A stretch of DNA of 64,000 bases from Paraspadella gotoi (taxonomy: Eukaryota; Animalia; Chaetognatha): NCBI GenBank assembly GCA_051294375.1, contig CM119267.1, forward strand, positions 12,533,081-12,597,080, read 5' to 3'. Positions 38,461 through 51,965 of the stretch are shown here, in pieces. How positions within the stretch are numbered: the first letter of the stretch is position 1; the number at the start of each line of letters is the position of its first letter. The notes beneath the pieces were generated by a model. That model saw only the letters and a list, made by a program, of their open reading frames with translations. It had not been told where the DNA came from and did not search any database. The translations under genes were made by a program, and so were the position numbers.

Positions 38461-40832
38461 ATCCAATTAGTGCCAAAATTACTCGTCGCCCAATGGAGTT
38501 GTACGTCGTCGCTGGAATGACCCGATGTTGTTTCTAAGGAAAGAAAGAAGAAAGCACAAGAAAAGAACAAAAGAAAAAGAAAGAACGAAAGAAACGACAA
38601 GACGAAACGAACGAACGAACGAACGCGAACGAACGAACGAACGAAACGAGAACGAACGAACGAACGAACGAACTGCAAACTTCTTTTTCAGCCCGTGCAC
38701 GAGGTGGCACAGGAGGCTCATGACGACCTCAACTCCGAGAGACGCTGACGTTCTCGCCAGTATGAGTTCAAAGAAAAAAACTGCAATTTCATCAAAGAAT
38801 CGTTTCGTCATTCTTGCCTAATTTCCGCTTTGTCTCCTCCGATTTTCTCTGTCCTTGTCTCTCCCTCCCTCCCTCCCTCCTTTCCTCTCTCCCTCTTCTC
38901 CCCCCCTCGTTCAAATCTTTGACCCTGGATGGCATAAGTTTCCCGCGACCGTCTTTATGTATTCCATCGAGTTGAATACCCCCCCCCCAGTCTCTCGGAA
39001 AAAAAATCGTCCATCCTTGAAAAGTTATGCGTCGGAAATCAGTTATGATGCCACAGCCATACGAACTTGAAGCAGTCGGTGGAACCTCAATCGCTGTTGC
39101 AAGAATTACTTCATCTACCGAAGCTCCGTCATTGCCTGGAACGGATCTTCGCGGGCGCTGGAAAATCCTGTAGAACAAACTCAACTCACATCTTACTACG
39201 TCATCGACGCCAAATTGCGGAAACCTTGGCCCCAAGTGACGCAGCGCAGGTAAAAAGAAGAAATAAGATAATAAAAAAGGAAACCGGACGCGAACGGGTT
39301 GGTGGTAGAGAGTGAGGTTGGGTAAGGAGGGTGAGTTATTGAGGGGAGGGAAGCGGCAATTAAGATAACCTTGGCGAAGGCTTCCCCTCCTTTAGGGAAG
39401 GACGTTTTTGACATCGAACGACGAAGACGCTGTCGAATATCGAAAAAAAATGTAGCCTTCTCAAAATCGCTGGTCATATTGCACATTAAATTTCAAGCGC
39501 CCAGATTCGAGGCCAAAGAGAGAGACGTGATTAATCACACTCTATTCTGCACAGTCCCCCCTTCTTCACAGCCACTGACATTTTTTTTTCGCTGCCGGAA
39601 AAAGAAAAGGAAATCTGACTCGTCTCCGTGAAATCCGCATTCGGTTCACACGCCCTCCATTTCCTTTCATATTTTCCCTAATGGAGGCGGGAGTAATTCC
39701 TGGCGATTCCTGTCACCTCCACTGAAAATATAAAAAATATAAAAAATATATAGAAAATATAAATAAAAAGTATACTAGCTCTTTTAAGGAGCTATCGATT
39801 GGTGCAAGGAAAATTTGAATTGGTTCAGACAGTGGAAAATAGCAAGACTTTAAAGTCAGAGTCTCAAAATGGAATTGGGATAAAGTGATTTCCAAAGGTT
39901 AGTACTGATGACACTTCTTTTTCTGACTGATGTTTACAATATAGAATTAACAAAATCATAATGGAATTTTAATAGTAAATATTTTAATTTGATTTAGGTT
40001 GAAAATGGTTCACACCTATCCTTACAGTTATATGATGCTGAATTTGTTTAGCTAATTTTATAAAATTAATTTATTCTCGTCAGATGTTTGGTACCAATCG
40101 ACTTTGATGTCCTATAACTTTCGGACGCTTTGATCGATTTTAATGGGACCTTTATCTTTGAATTCGCTTTGTTTTATGTTTCTATATTTCAGTGAAATTC
40201 ATCCATCTAATATAGTTTTTTCGGTGTGAAAGAAGTGTCTTCTTTTTTTTGCGCCGCAGTGTAATCAGTGATTACTAATCACTCTCCCGCTCAATTCGCC
40301 TTTGCTCTCTCTCTCTCTCTCTCTGCGACTCTACTAGTAGAGAGTGGCGTCTAAAATCGTCGTTAATAATTATTTGTATGATAGTTTATGACTGGTTTGT
40401 CTCTTTAGCACTGATCGGACAATTAAACTGACGGTTCTGGCGAAGGCGATAAAGAATCGATTCCATTCAATTTTTTCGAAAATACCATTTGTTTTTTAAA
40501 GATACCATCCCTTTTTCGAAGATACCATCTCGTCGACCTTTTCTCCTTCATTGAATTCTCTCCATCTTCATTTTTAGTCTCCGTCTTTGATATTCTTTGA
40601 TTTTCTCTTCATTACTTTTACTTCTTTTCATTGCCGTTGGCCGTTGCCATTTTTGCACATTACGTTTATCGTTTAAAAAGACTAAATTTTGACAAAATTT
40701 GAATTCAAAAGCGAAGACGAAAAAACGAGAAAAGAAATTAGAGTCGATTTTTCTTTGTATCTTCGTTGGAAGATTTTACCGCCCACGTCCTTCCAGTTTA
40801 TGTTATGCCATGCTAATCCTCTCTAATCCAAG

Positions 40833-40936
<104 letters not shown>

Positions 40937-41574
40937 CCTCTCTCTCTCTGGGTTGGGATCGAGTTTCTGACAAGAGTAAATGTTTAAATTGCGAATTAGA
41001 AAGAGTGCACACTATCTGTAAACTAGAAGAATAGTAGAATACATCAGTTCTTGTTATTATATGAAATGAGTAATAATTTCTCAAAAACGAAGCTTTTAAA
41101 GGCAGTGTAAAAAACTGGTCTCAAGCCTCACTTTTGCTTTTGATTCAAACCAGTGGCTGCGTCAATACATGAAAATCGCTATCAAGGGCTTAAACTGAAC
41201 TGTTACTGTGGCATTAATAATATTTTTTTTAACTTACATCATTTTTTTAACTTGCATCATTTTTTTAACTTGCATCATTTTTCTTCTTGCATCATTTTCA
41301 ACTTGCATCATTTTTTCAACTTGCATAATTTTTTCAACTTGCATCATTTTTTCAACTTACATTATTTTTTTAACTCGCATCATTTTTTCAACTTGCATCA
41401 TTTTTTATACTCGAATCATTTTTAACTTGTATTTTTTTTTTAATTTGCATAATTTTTTAATTTGCATCTTTCTCTTTAACTTGCATCATTCTTTTCACTT
41501 GTATATTTTTTTAATTTGCATCATTTTTTTTAATTGGCATCATCATTCTTTTCACTTGCAAAATTTTTTTTACT

Positions 41575-41808
41575 TGTGAAGAGACAGTAATTATTATTAT
41601 GTGTTAGTGACAGAACCGTTCAATATAAGCAGTCCCTGAGCTTCGGATCAAGCTGTAACACTGAGTTACAGGCGGGTTAAGCGCCCCGTCCCTCTTAACT
41701 GCCAGGCGACCACCGGGCTAGAACACCGGACCGTTGGGTTGGGAGGCGAATGACTTGCCTCCGGCACCAATGGCCGCTGATGAACGGTTGGTGGATTTTA
41801 GTCCACCA
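41575..41808 (-). mobile_element. Solo LTR-like unit with twister motif, inserted into an 18-bp satellite
   Basis: TG...CA termini, exact 4-bp TSD TACT, degenerate A/B boxes on the minus strand, twister core 41702-41629; partial copy at about 8007-8075. Confidence 0.75.
41629..41702 (-). ncRNA. Twister ribozyme motif, type P5
   Basis: Minus strand GCAGUU..GGG-ACGG-GGCGCU-UAA-CCC-GCC-[UGUAAC/GUUACA]-GCUUGA-UCCGAAGC-UCAGG-GACUGC; T1 CGG/CCG. Confidence 0.75.
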
Positions 41809-42770
41809 TACTTGCATCATTTTTTTAACCTTCATCATTTTTTTAATTTGCTTTATTTTTTCAACTTGCATAATTTTTTCAACTTGAATAATTTTTTCAA
41901 CTTGAATAATTTTTTTAACTCGCAATATATTTTTAAACTCGCATCATTTTTTCAACTTGCATCTTTTTTTTACTCGCATCATTTTTCAACTTGCATCATT
42001 TTTTTAACTTGCCTCATTTTTTCAACTCGCATTATTTTTAACTTGTATCTTTTTTTTAATTTGCATAATTTTTTAATTTGCATCTTTCTCTTTAACTTAC
42101 ATCATTCTTTTCACTTGTATATTTTTTTAAATTTGCATGATTTTTTTTAATTAGCATCATTAGTCTTAACTTGTATCATTATTTTTAACTTGCATCATTC
42201 TTCTCGCTTGCAAAATTTTTTTAACTTGTTTAATTTTTAACTTTCATCATTTTTTAACTTTCTTCATTTTTTAAACTTGCTTCATTTTTTCAACTTGCAA
42301 TTTTTTTCAACTCGCATCATTTTTTCAACTTGCATCATTTTTTCAACTTGCATCTTTTTTCAAGTTGCATCATCACAAAGTGTGTGATTAGGCTGGAAAT
42401 TTAGTTTCGATGGAATCGTTTGAGTGGAAATGAGTTTAAAAGGAAAAAAACAAAAAACCTGTTTCCCGAATTGATTTTGCTTCTTTTTCTCTTTATATTA
42501 AATGTAAATGCAAGAAGTAACAATTAATCAAATAACTAATAATTTAATTAATCAATTAATATAATTTGATTTTTGGGATAATAAAAATTTAAACAGAAAT
42601 TGCTATTTTGTGTAAAAGCAGGTGCGAAGGAAGATCTAGCAGGTGCAGATCAAATTTTTATGCATGTTCCTTTGTTTCTCAAAAAATAATAAGATATCTG
42701 GTAAGTAATTTTTAAAACATAATCAAAGTTTTGATAAGAGATAAAACAACGATTTTCATTTCAAAATGGA

Positions 42771-42810
42771 ATGGACATGTTTCGACTCACATACGAGTCT
42801 TCTTCAGCCA
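42771..42810 (-). ncRNA. Minimal type I hammerhead ribozyme motif (CUGAAGA core)
   Basis: Minus strand GG-CUGAAGA-AGACUCGUAUGUGAGUC-GAAACAUGUC-C. Confidence 0.75.
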
Positions 42811-43066
42811 CCACTCCTGTCGCGGAAGTGGCAAGAATGGAGAGCCGCCCACCTCGCCAGCAGGCGAGAAGAGGGCAGTCGGCAGGCGTACCAGGCCAGA
42901 GAGACATCCGAGTAGCCTTTGGTTTCCTCCCGCAAGGAAGTCTCCCCAACTCTGCAAACATTGGCTCCACCAACCTGTCCTCTCAGCCAATGACACACCA
43001 ATGACCCTACCCTATCGATCTAGCCTTTCATTTGTTTATAACCAAGAAGAGCCAGCTCATTTTGAG

Positions 43067-44189
43067 TAGTGTTCCGATAACCGTTAACTGTTAACGGTTA
43101 TTAACAGTTAAAAATAATTTTAACTTAACCATTAATATATTTATTTTAACGGTTAAATTCGGTTAATTTTCAAATGTGATTTTTTTTTTCATTTTTGGTA
43201 TGAAATCTTTAAATTTAAAAAAAAATTATTTTTTTCCTATCCTCTTATTCTCCTCTCCCCTTCTCACCATATTTTACTCCTCTCTCTCTTCTCCACTTTT
43301 TCCCTGTTTTTTTCCTTTGTTATTTTCTTCTTTTTTTCTATCCTAATATCTCTCTTATTCTTTCTTCCCCTTTATTTATCTCCTCCTGTTTCTTTCTTTT
43401 TCTTTCTCACTTTTCCTCTTTTTCTTTCCCTCTTTCTTTTCTCTCCCTTTTATTTTACCTTTTCCTTTTTTTCGTCCTTTCATGCAATAATATATATTCA
43501 ATTTAGCTAAAAATAAATAATCCTTCTTATTTTACTTTTTCTCTCTTTTTTTCCCTCTTTAAAATGAACAAAGAAGCAAATGAAATAAAACCGAATGAAT
43601 GAAAAAAATTAATAAAAAACCAAATAAAAAATAACTGAAAAATATATTTATTAATTAATAATTCTTTTAATTAATCGATATATCAACCAGTCTATCAATA
43701 AATTAAATTTTATATTTATATTTATGGTCAATGACCAATTGACCATTGGTCATGGTTTATGAAAGACTAACAACAGAAATCTAGTGTTCAAGAAACTAAC
43801 AACTACAAAAATAATAAGGAAGAGAAGTAGAGAAAGAAAAATAGAAAGCAAAAGAGAGAAGAGAAAACAAAATATACTAGAATTAGAATTTGATGGTATC
43901 CTTTCATTTAGTTGTATTATGAGATTAGCAAAATATTTGTTTTGTTACAACAATTTTATTTGACATAAAAAACAGACATTTTTCGACTCTGTTTTGGTCT
44001 TCTTCAGCGCATTCAGGAGCCAGAGTTAAAAAGAAAATACCATTAAATACCTTAGTTTGTTTTAAATCTTAATATTTTAAATTTAAAGTTAAATTATAAA
44101 ATTAACCGATCTTAACGGTTAACCGTTAAAAATGTTAGTTTTAACGGTTTAGCGAATTTCCTAAAAAATGAACGGTTATTGGAACTCTA
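43067..44189 (-). mobile_element. Second copy of the hAT-like element, inverted
   Basis: Full-length reverse complement of 32436-33556 with a different exact 8-bp TSD, ATTTTGAG. Confidence 0.9.
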
Positions 44190-44378
44190 ATTTTGAGCTC
44201 TTTCTTATTACTTGAAATTTCTCTTTTTCTAATTACTTAGCTATCCCTCACTAACAATAAATATTTCACATTTCTTAATTTCTATTTCACTTCATTAATT
44301 TATTAAAGTAGTTAATTGTTGACATTTTTCATTACTAAGTTTACAAATTTTAAACTTTGTTGTACATTTCATATTTTG

Positions 44379-44425
<47 letters not shown>

Positions 44426-44490
44426 CATTTCAATTTCTTTTCACAAACTATCTCTGTCCTCAACTTCACCTGTCCCTAATAATTGACCAC

Positions 44491-44705
44491 TGTGGACGAA
44501 CAACTGTAACACGCAACCTCGGTCAAACCAGTTGACCTTAATTCAACCTTACCCTCAATTGTTTTGCTCTTCTCTTTATGGTCAAACATTGACCTTTGTA
44601 AATATCCATTGTTATAGACTTAGCATCTGAGCTTTTTGACTGTTATTGTTATAACCCTTGTGGAAGAATAAAATTATTATTACTCTGAAACTTGTTGCGT
44701 CCACA
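44491..44705 (+). mobile_element. Conventional solo LTR (Gypsy-like)
   Basis: TGTGGACG..CGTCCACA inverted termini, exact 4-bp TSD CCAC, internal AATAAA; the empty site is visible in the related pLTR near 46520. Confidence 0.8.
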
Positions 44706-44751
44706 CCACTATCCTTTCTCTCAAACTCTGTGTTGGGAACTTTGCTATGTC

Positions 44752-44784
<33 letters not shown>

Positions 44785-44822
44785 ATGCACAAAATTCCAC
44801 TTCAAGTTCACACATTGAATTG

Positions 44823-44863
44823 GCGCTGAAGAAGACTAGTATGTGAGTCGAAACATGTCCGTT
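44823..44863 (+). ncRNA. Minimal type I hammerhead ribozyme motif (CUGAAGA core)
   Basis: GCG-CUGAAGA-AGACUAGUAUGUGAGUC-GAAACAUGUC-CGU. Confidence 0.75.
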
Positions 44864-45323
44864 TCAATTTGAAATAAAAATCCTTGTTATATCTCTTATC
44901 AAAACTTTGTTCTAAATAATTCACAACGAAACAAAGGAAAAATACAAAAATGTAAAACTTAATCAAAAGTGCTATCTTGTCTTACTGCTCTGAATTTTGG
45001 GAGCCCTTTAGTAAATAAAGCTTTAAAAAAATGATACAAGTTGAAAAGAATGATACCAATTATACAAATGATGCAAAAAGAAGATGCAAATTAAAAAAAA
45101 GGTTACAAGTGAAAAGAATATTGCAAGTTAAAGAGAATGATACAAATTAAAAAGAATGATGCAAAAAAAAAGATGCAAATTAAAAAAAGATACAAGTGAA
45201 AAGAATGATGCAAATTAAAAAGAACGATGCAAAAAAATAAAATATGTCAATTAAAAAAAAGATACAAGTGAGGATCGACAAATACGACGACGATAATTTG
45301 AACGATAGATTGTTTAGGATTTC

Positions 45324-45414
45324 GGTTAGGGATAAGGTTAGTTTAGAGGATAGATATTAGGGATTAGGGTTGGGGTTAGGGTTAGGGTTAGGGATTAGGG
45401 TAAGGGATTAGGGT
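45324..45414. repeat. Interstitial TTAGGG-like tract; complementary degenerate CCCTAA tract at about 55665-55880
   Basis: GGGTTAGGGTTAGGGTTAGGG core with degenerate flanks. Confidence 0.8.
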
Positions 45415-45784
45415 CATTTTTCCCGACGCTACTTTTGCAACAATAAAACTCTGGCATGCTGGGTGACTCAGCGAGAGAAAGAATTAAGCCTCCATCAGGA
45501 TCGGGATAGACAGAAACGACGACGATAATTTGAACGATGGAGGAAGCAGTTGCGACGGTGAGAGCGACGACAAAGTTTACAATTTCTATCTCAAAGATTC
45601 AACCGTTCCCTCGAAAAAGCAGCGATTCACAACTCTAGTAATTCTCTTCGTTTCCTTCTTAGACCTTTCTTCAATCCCACCTTTTTCAAAAAGAACAGAC
45701 GTCTTCACGATTTCAAGTCCATCACGTGATAAAAGACAGCATGGCAACTCCACGACCTCGACCTAACCCTTTTCGCCTCCTCTT

Positions 45785-46005
45785 CCTTTTTCTCCTCCCC
45801 CTCTTCCTCCCTATCCCCTCTTGCCTCCTATCCCCCTCTTCCTCCCTATCCCCTCTTCCTCTATCCCCTCTTCCTCCCTATCCCTCTTCTCTCCTCCCTA
45901 TCCCCCTCTTCCTCCCTATCCCCCTCTTCCTCCCTATCCCCCTCTTCCTCCCTATCCCCCTCTTCCTCCTATCCCCCTCTTCACTCCTATCCCCTCCTCC
46001 CTCTT
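45785..46005. repeat. 18-bp pyrimidine-rich tandem repeat (CCCCCTCTTCCTCCCTAT)
   Basis: Directly visible. Confidence 0.85.
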
Positions 46006-46289
46006 GTCCCAAGAAAAAAACACTTTTACTAGAATCTAGTCTAGATTTAATGCCGAGAACAGCAACGAATGATGCTCTTGGCTTAAACGCAATATGGTAA
46101 ACAATTTTGTATATATTGCTACCATTATATAATGTCAAAATTTCAAAAGAATCATATCTTTCTTATATAAAATTTTTGCAAGGAATCCAAATCTGATCTT
46201 AAAATTGAAAAGTTTGCATTTGAAATTTCAGCTTATTATTATACTTATTACAATAAATAAATAAATATAGCTCACTGGTAGAAATCTAC

Positions 46290-46433
46290 TATGAAATTAA
46301 ATTCAAAACAAAGTTTTTGAAAAGAGATATAACAACGATTTTATTTCAAAATGAAACGGACATGTTTCGACTAACATACGAGTCTTCTACAGCACCAATT
46401 CAATGTGTGAATTTGAAGTAAAATTTTGTGCAT

Positions 46434-46488
<55 letters not shown>

Positions 46489-46582
46489 AAAGTTTCCAAC
46501 ACAGAGTTTGAGAGAAAGGATAGTGGTCAATTATTAGGGACAGGTTAAGGTGAGGACAGAGATAGTTTGTGAAAAGAAATTG

Positions 46583-46630
<48 letters not shown>

Positions 46631-46740
46631 TGCTCAAAATTTAGAACAAAATTTTTGAAAAGAGATATAACAACGATTTTATTTCAAAATGAAACGGACC
46701 TGTTTCGACTTACATACGAGTCTTCTACAGCGCCAAATTA
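46290..46740 (-). mobile_element. Penelope-like pLTR with partial tandem repeat and two variant hammerhead motifs (46357-46395, 46695-46733)
   Basis: Reverse complement of the 44390-44930 pLTR without the solo-LTR insertion; both cores read CUGUAGA. Confidence 0.75.
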
Positions 46741-47959
46741 AATTCAAAAGGGGCGGGGGTTCAAAACTTAAGTCTTGAAGTCTAATTTTCAGATATCAAA
46801 ATTACAATATTACTATATAATAATAAAATTATTTTTAATCAATTTTAACTTTTTTTGATGGATTCTGATTCACAATTAAAAAAAAATAATAAAATTAACG
46901 AAATATGATAATGATGATTATTATTAATAATTTTTCATATTTTTCACCTACTTATACCTACTTATACTTTTGGAAGAAAAAATATATCGCCAACAGAAGC
47001 GAGAACCGGTGTTTTTAAACACTTTTTTTTTCTCGAGTCTAAATTGAGTTTGGTCTCCCGAGTCCCGTTTTCGAATCCAGACTCCGCAGTATTTTATGCA
47101 TTTGGGGTATTGTGCTGCGGAATAAATCTGCGGGAAACGTTAAAGAGACGACGGGGAAGCGTCGCTTTTTCGTCTCTTGAGATGAGGAGCCGGACGGGGC
47201 GGGAAGGGCCAGAGGGTCTCCGCCCCGGCCTCCTCCTAATGAACCTCATTAATTTGACTCCCATCGCATCCAAAAGCGGTTTTTTTTAATCTGCCTCTTC
47301 ATTCTCAATTTCACATCCGACTCCTTCTCTTTCTTTATTCATTCTCGTATTGTCTGACTTTTCAGTCTGCATTTATTCTTCTTTAAAATATTTTCTTTTT
47401 TCCACTAACAACCGCTTTTTACCTTCAAATGCTTTTCTATTCTCGAATCTAATTTACGTTTTATTCATTGGATTGAATTCATCCTCCATCTTTACTTCTT
47501 TTTATCAAGCCATGACGGGCAAAGCCGGTTCAGGCTTGATATTCATTCGGGTGAGCTAGAGATGAGCTTAGGCTTAATAGGACAAGGGGTTTAAAGTGAG
47601 GTTAAGAAATAAATTAGGATTTATTTTAAGATCTGTTATATTCAAGATGAGAGACAGCAGAGGATAGGAATGTTGAGTCGGCGGTTGAAAGACTGTGGAA
47701 AAATTTGTTATTCATATTGAAAAAGGATTTTAGAAACAAGATTATTGGGTGCCAAATTAAGTGGCAGATTGGGAAGTTTTAAAAAAAGAATCTTATTGGG
47801 TAATGTACTGGGTAGCATTAAATGATGATGGACTGTAGAGTGGGGAAACTTAATTAAACGGGTTAAAATTGGCTTTATTGGAACTTATTTAATCAATGAG
47901 GTATCTAGTATTGGTATTTGGCTATTTCAGGTATTGAGGACCACATATCTATTATCTTT

Positions 47960-48220
47960 GTTTATTAGCGTCTTGTTTTGTTATTATAATAATAGGTTTT
48001 GAGTATTTATTAGCGTCTCATTTTGTTTTTAGCGTCCTCTTTGTTTTAATTAAGCGTCTTTTGTTTTTATTAGTGTCTTTCTGTTTTATTAGCGTTTATA
48101 TTAGCGTTTTATTAGCGTCTTTTGTTATTTATTAGTGTCTTTATGTTTTTAGCGTCTTTTGTTTTATTAGTGTCTTTCTGTTTTTAGCGTCTTTTGTTTT
48201 ATTAGTGTCTTTCTGTTGAT
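47960..48220. repeat. Tandem repeat ATTAGCGTCTTTTGTTTT
   Basis: About 12 degenerate copies. Confidence 0.8.
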
Positions 48221-48980
48221 TATTAATTTAAAAATATGTGTATGTGTGTATATATATACATATATATATTGATTGTAGTTTTTTATTTCTATTATAGCGT
48301 TGTGGTCCTCTGCCCTTTACTTTAACACATTGTAATTATAAATTTTTGGGTATATGTTTACACTAAGCATTAAATACTTATAAGACGTTTTATAAAAATA
48401 AAACCATGACGTTTTTACGTTTTCGTTTTACATTTACTGCATTAACACTTTTTATACTAGACATTTTTGTTTTTTACTTTAAACACTTTTTTACTTTTTT
48501 CCGGTTTACGATTATAAAAATTATTTAAAAAAAAATCCTAGTTTTGCCCTTTACTTTAACACATTATAATTATACATTTTAGGTATATTTCATTTATAGC
48601 TTTATATTTTTTCTTTTGTTCTTTTTTTCATAATTTTTGTTTTTGTTTTTACTTTTTAATTAACGTTGTTTTTTCGTTTATGCTTTATATTTTTTGTTTT
48701 TGTTTTTGTTTTGTCTGAGTCACATTTAAACGTTGGTGTCTTTTGTTTTTTGATGTTTTTTTGTTTTAAAATTTGAATTTTGAACGTTCATTGAACGTTA
48801 TAATTTTATAGTTTCTTTTATGAATTAGTTCATCAACATTTTATTATGAGTCAATTTTAAACGTTAGTGTCTTTTTTTTTCTGTTGAATTTTAATAGTTT
48901 TAGTTTTACCTTGTTTTACTGCTTTCTAGTTTTTTACACTGAACTGTTTTTGATTTTGTCAATACTGTTTTGGTATTAAT

Positions 48981-49004
<24 letters not shown>

Positions 49005-49011
<7 letters not shown>

Positions 49012-49262
49012 TTGTTCGGCGAAAGTGCTGGATATAATAAAGTCACATTAGCTGATTTATATGTGACAATGCATTCATTATAAGTTATTCTTCATTTTTT
49101 AAAATGTATCCACGAAAATCTCGGATGTAAATTTGGGATTTTGTATTGAGAAAAAAAGCCCGAATAAAAGTTTTAGAAAGAAAAACATAATCATAATTTT
49201 TCAAAAAAGAACGATCACGCAAGAGATCGAAGAGAGAAAGAGAAAGAGAGAGAGAGAGAGAA

Positions 49263-49295
<33 letters not shown>

Positions 49296-49416
49296 GGGAT
49301 TTGTATTGAGAAAGAAGCGCGGAATAAATGGCGATAATAAAGTTTTAGAAGGAAAGAAATAATAAGAATTTTCAAAAAATGGTGGTAAAAAAAAGTGATA
49401 TTTTTTTTTTTGTAAA

Positions 49417-49455
<39 letters not shown>

Positions 49456-49591
49456 GGAGACGGAGGGAGAGAGAGAGAGAGAGAGAGCTGAACTCGTTTT
49501 TTTTAAACGATTCAGAAAGGCAGCGCCTGATCAAATATATATGTTTTTAGAAAGAAAAAAATAATAGAATTTTTTCAAAACGAACGAAGAA

Positions 49592-49624
<33 letters not shown>

Positions 49625-50658
49625 GACAAGCTGAATTTTTTTTTTTTTTTTTTTTTTAATTTCAAAATAATAAAACAAGGTTACATAAGACGTAAAGTGA
49701 CATAAAAGACAAAGCTGAACCCGTTTTTTTTTCTGAAATAAAAGAATAAAAGAAATAAAATAAATAAAAGAAAGGCAAAAAATGTTACAATGGTTTACAA
49801 TTTGAAATTTTTCCAATTTTTTCCAATCGCAGCTTTTTAAAAATTTTATTTTTATTGTATTAAAATTAAGATATAGCTTCTCATTAAAAAGTTATTTTGA
49901 GTTCCATTTTTATTAGAGATTTAAAAAATTTTTTTTGAATTTCATCTTCAATATTATATACTGATATGTAAATTAGATTAAAGCATTTCTATATACTAAT
50001 TTGGATATGATAATGAGTACTATAATCTCATTTGCATATGCAGTAAATCATAATGAAGTGGAGATTCAAACAAAAAATACTTAAATCAAATGTAATAAGA
50101 AAATATCAAAGCTATTTCAGATGAGAAGCCATATCTAAATTTTTAACTTACTATGAATGCACACTTTTTGTAAAACTTTATCATAATTCATATAATTTTT
50201 ATTTTAAATAAATCTTAAAAGCATAAAGATCGAGCCGCTTTCGATTAGTAACCGCAAAAAAATATTGATGCGATGATCAACCAAATATTGAGAGAAAGAG
50301 AGGGAGGGAGAAGTGAGAAAGAGAGAGAGAGAGAGAGTTTTCCCACCAACGAGACGCATTATTAGGTCACTCTCGTTTATATCGGTTATCCGTTGCCTCG
50401 CAACGGCGTCGTGAAATTGGGTCTATGTTGATTTTTTTTTATACACGTAACGCGTTATTATTGGTCATGTTCCTCGACATTGTTTACTTGTTGCTCCGCA
50501 ACGACCACGAAATCTAGGTTAAGTAAGTTATTGTATTTTGGGATTTTGTATGAGATAAAATAATAAATGGCGATAATAAAAGTTTTTTAGAAGGAAAAAA
50601 ATCCATGAAAATCTCGGAATAAATGGCGATAATAAAAGTTTTTAGAAGGAAAAAAAAA

Positions 50659-50705
<47 letters not shown>

Positions 50706-51131
50706 GAAAAAGATTGTTTCTTTTTTAGGAAGAAACCAGACCGAGGTCAAATTTAATATTTGCATATTTAATTAATCTTATAAATAGTTATCACAACTCA
50801 AATAATTATTATTAAAAAAAAGTTAAAAATGATTAAATATATACACTAAAAATATTTATAATTTAATAATAGTACAAATTATCAGAATAACAAAAAAGTA
50901 AGTTTAATTTGACTATATCTCTCTTATCAACTCCTATTTAGATATAATTTGCCAATAGTGGGCCAACCGGTCCAAAGTTGCAATAATAAATAAAAACAAT
51001 TTTTTTTTTATAATGTGATGCATGCAATTATATTATTCGGCGAAAGTGCTGCATATATAATAGGTCACATTAGCTGATTTATATGTGATAATGCATATCA
51101 TTATAAGTTATTCTTCATTTTTAAAAAAAAT

Positions 51132-51174
<43 letters not shown>

Positions 51175-51965
51175 GAAAAAGAAAAACCGAATTTCTTTCC
51201 AATTATATCTCAGATATAAATTTGGGATTTTGTATTGAAAAAAAAAGCGCGGAATAAATGGCGATAATAAAAGTTTTGAGAAGGAAAAAAATAATCAGAA
51301 TTTTTCAAAAAACGAACGATCGTTACAGAGTGAGAGAGACAGAAAGACAGAAAGAGAGAGAAGAGAGAACAGAAAGAGAAAAAGAGACAGAAGAAAGAGA
51401 AAGCTGGAAGCCAGCTGAACAGTCACTGCAGAACCTGAACTCGTTTTTTAAGGGTTCAGAAAAAGCAGCAACTGACAAATATAGGAAAGAAAATTTATAT
51501 ATAATTAAAGAAATAAAAGAAAGGCAAAAATATGTTACAATTGTTTACAATTGGAAATTTTTCCAATTTTTTCCAATCGCAGCTTGTAAAAGATTTAATT
51601 TATATTTGTATTAAAATTAAGATATAGCTTCTCATTAAAAAAATCCTTTGAGTTCCCATTTTTATTAAAAATTTAAAACAAATTTTTTGAATTTCATCTT
51701 CAATAATATATACTGCAATATGTAAATTAGATTAAAGCATTTCTATATACTAATTTGGATATTATAAGGAGTACTTTAATCTCATTTGCATATTGCAGTA
51801 AAATCATAATGAAGTGGAAATTCAAACAAAAAATACTTAAATCCAAATGTAATATGAAATATCACAGCTATTTCAAGATGAAAAGCCATATCTAAATTTT
51901 TAACTTACTATGATCGCACACTTTTGTAAAACTTTATCATAATTCATAAATAAATTTTATTTAAA
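49005..51965. repeat. About 1-kb direct duplication (49005-50215 vs 51030-51965)
   Basis: Colinear blocks from TTCGGCGAAAGTGCTG to ACTTTATCATAATTCAT. Confidence 0.8.

Larger units (their letters stand above)
41225..42372. repeat. About 18-bp tandem repeat (TTTTTTAACTTGCATCA), with an inverted related tract at about 45025-45270
   Basis: Directly visible; interrupted by the 41575-41808 element. Confidence 0.9.
42720..44945 (+). mobile_element. Penelope-like element (inverted pLTR 42720-42810 plus forward pLTR), interrupted by a hAT MITE and a solo LTR
   Basis: Inverted hammerhead-bearing ends; sequence continuity across the ATTTTGAG and CCAC TSDs. Confidence 0.7.

Noticed and set aside
35058-38678. 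Long ORFs of 388-545 aa, and a repeat-spacer look resembling CRISPR
   Set aside because: ORFs are translations of (CT)n/(GA)n satellite and N gaps; the spacers are just (GA)n; no cas genes; eukaryotic context.
41700-41790. HDV-like ribozyme (GGCGAAUG) or hammerhead (CUGAUGA at about 41777) on the plus strand
   Set aside because: Could not build the nested double pseudoknot or find a matching GAAA and stems; the minus-strand twister explains the region better.
41153-42150. FFNLHH / TCIIF repeat ORFs
   Set aside because: Translations of the 18-bp satellite.
45324-45414. TTAGGG tract as a telomere or fusion site
   Set aside because: Only a few perfect units, internal and degenerate; more likely part of a dispersed repeat.
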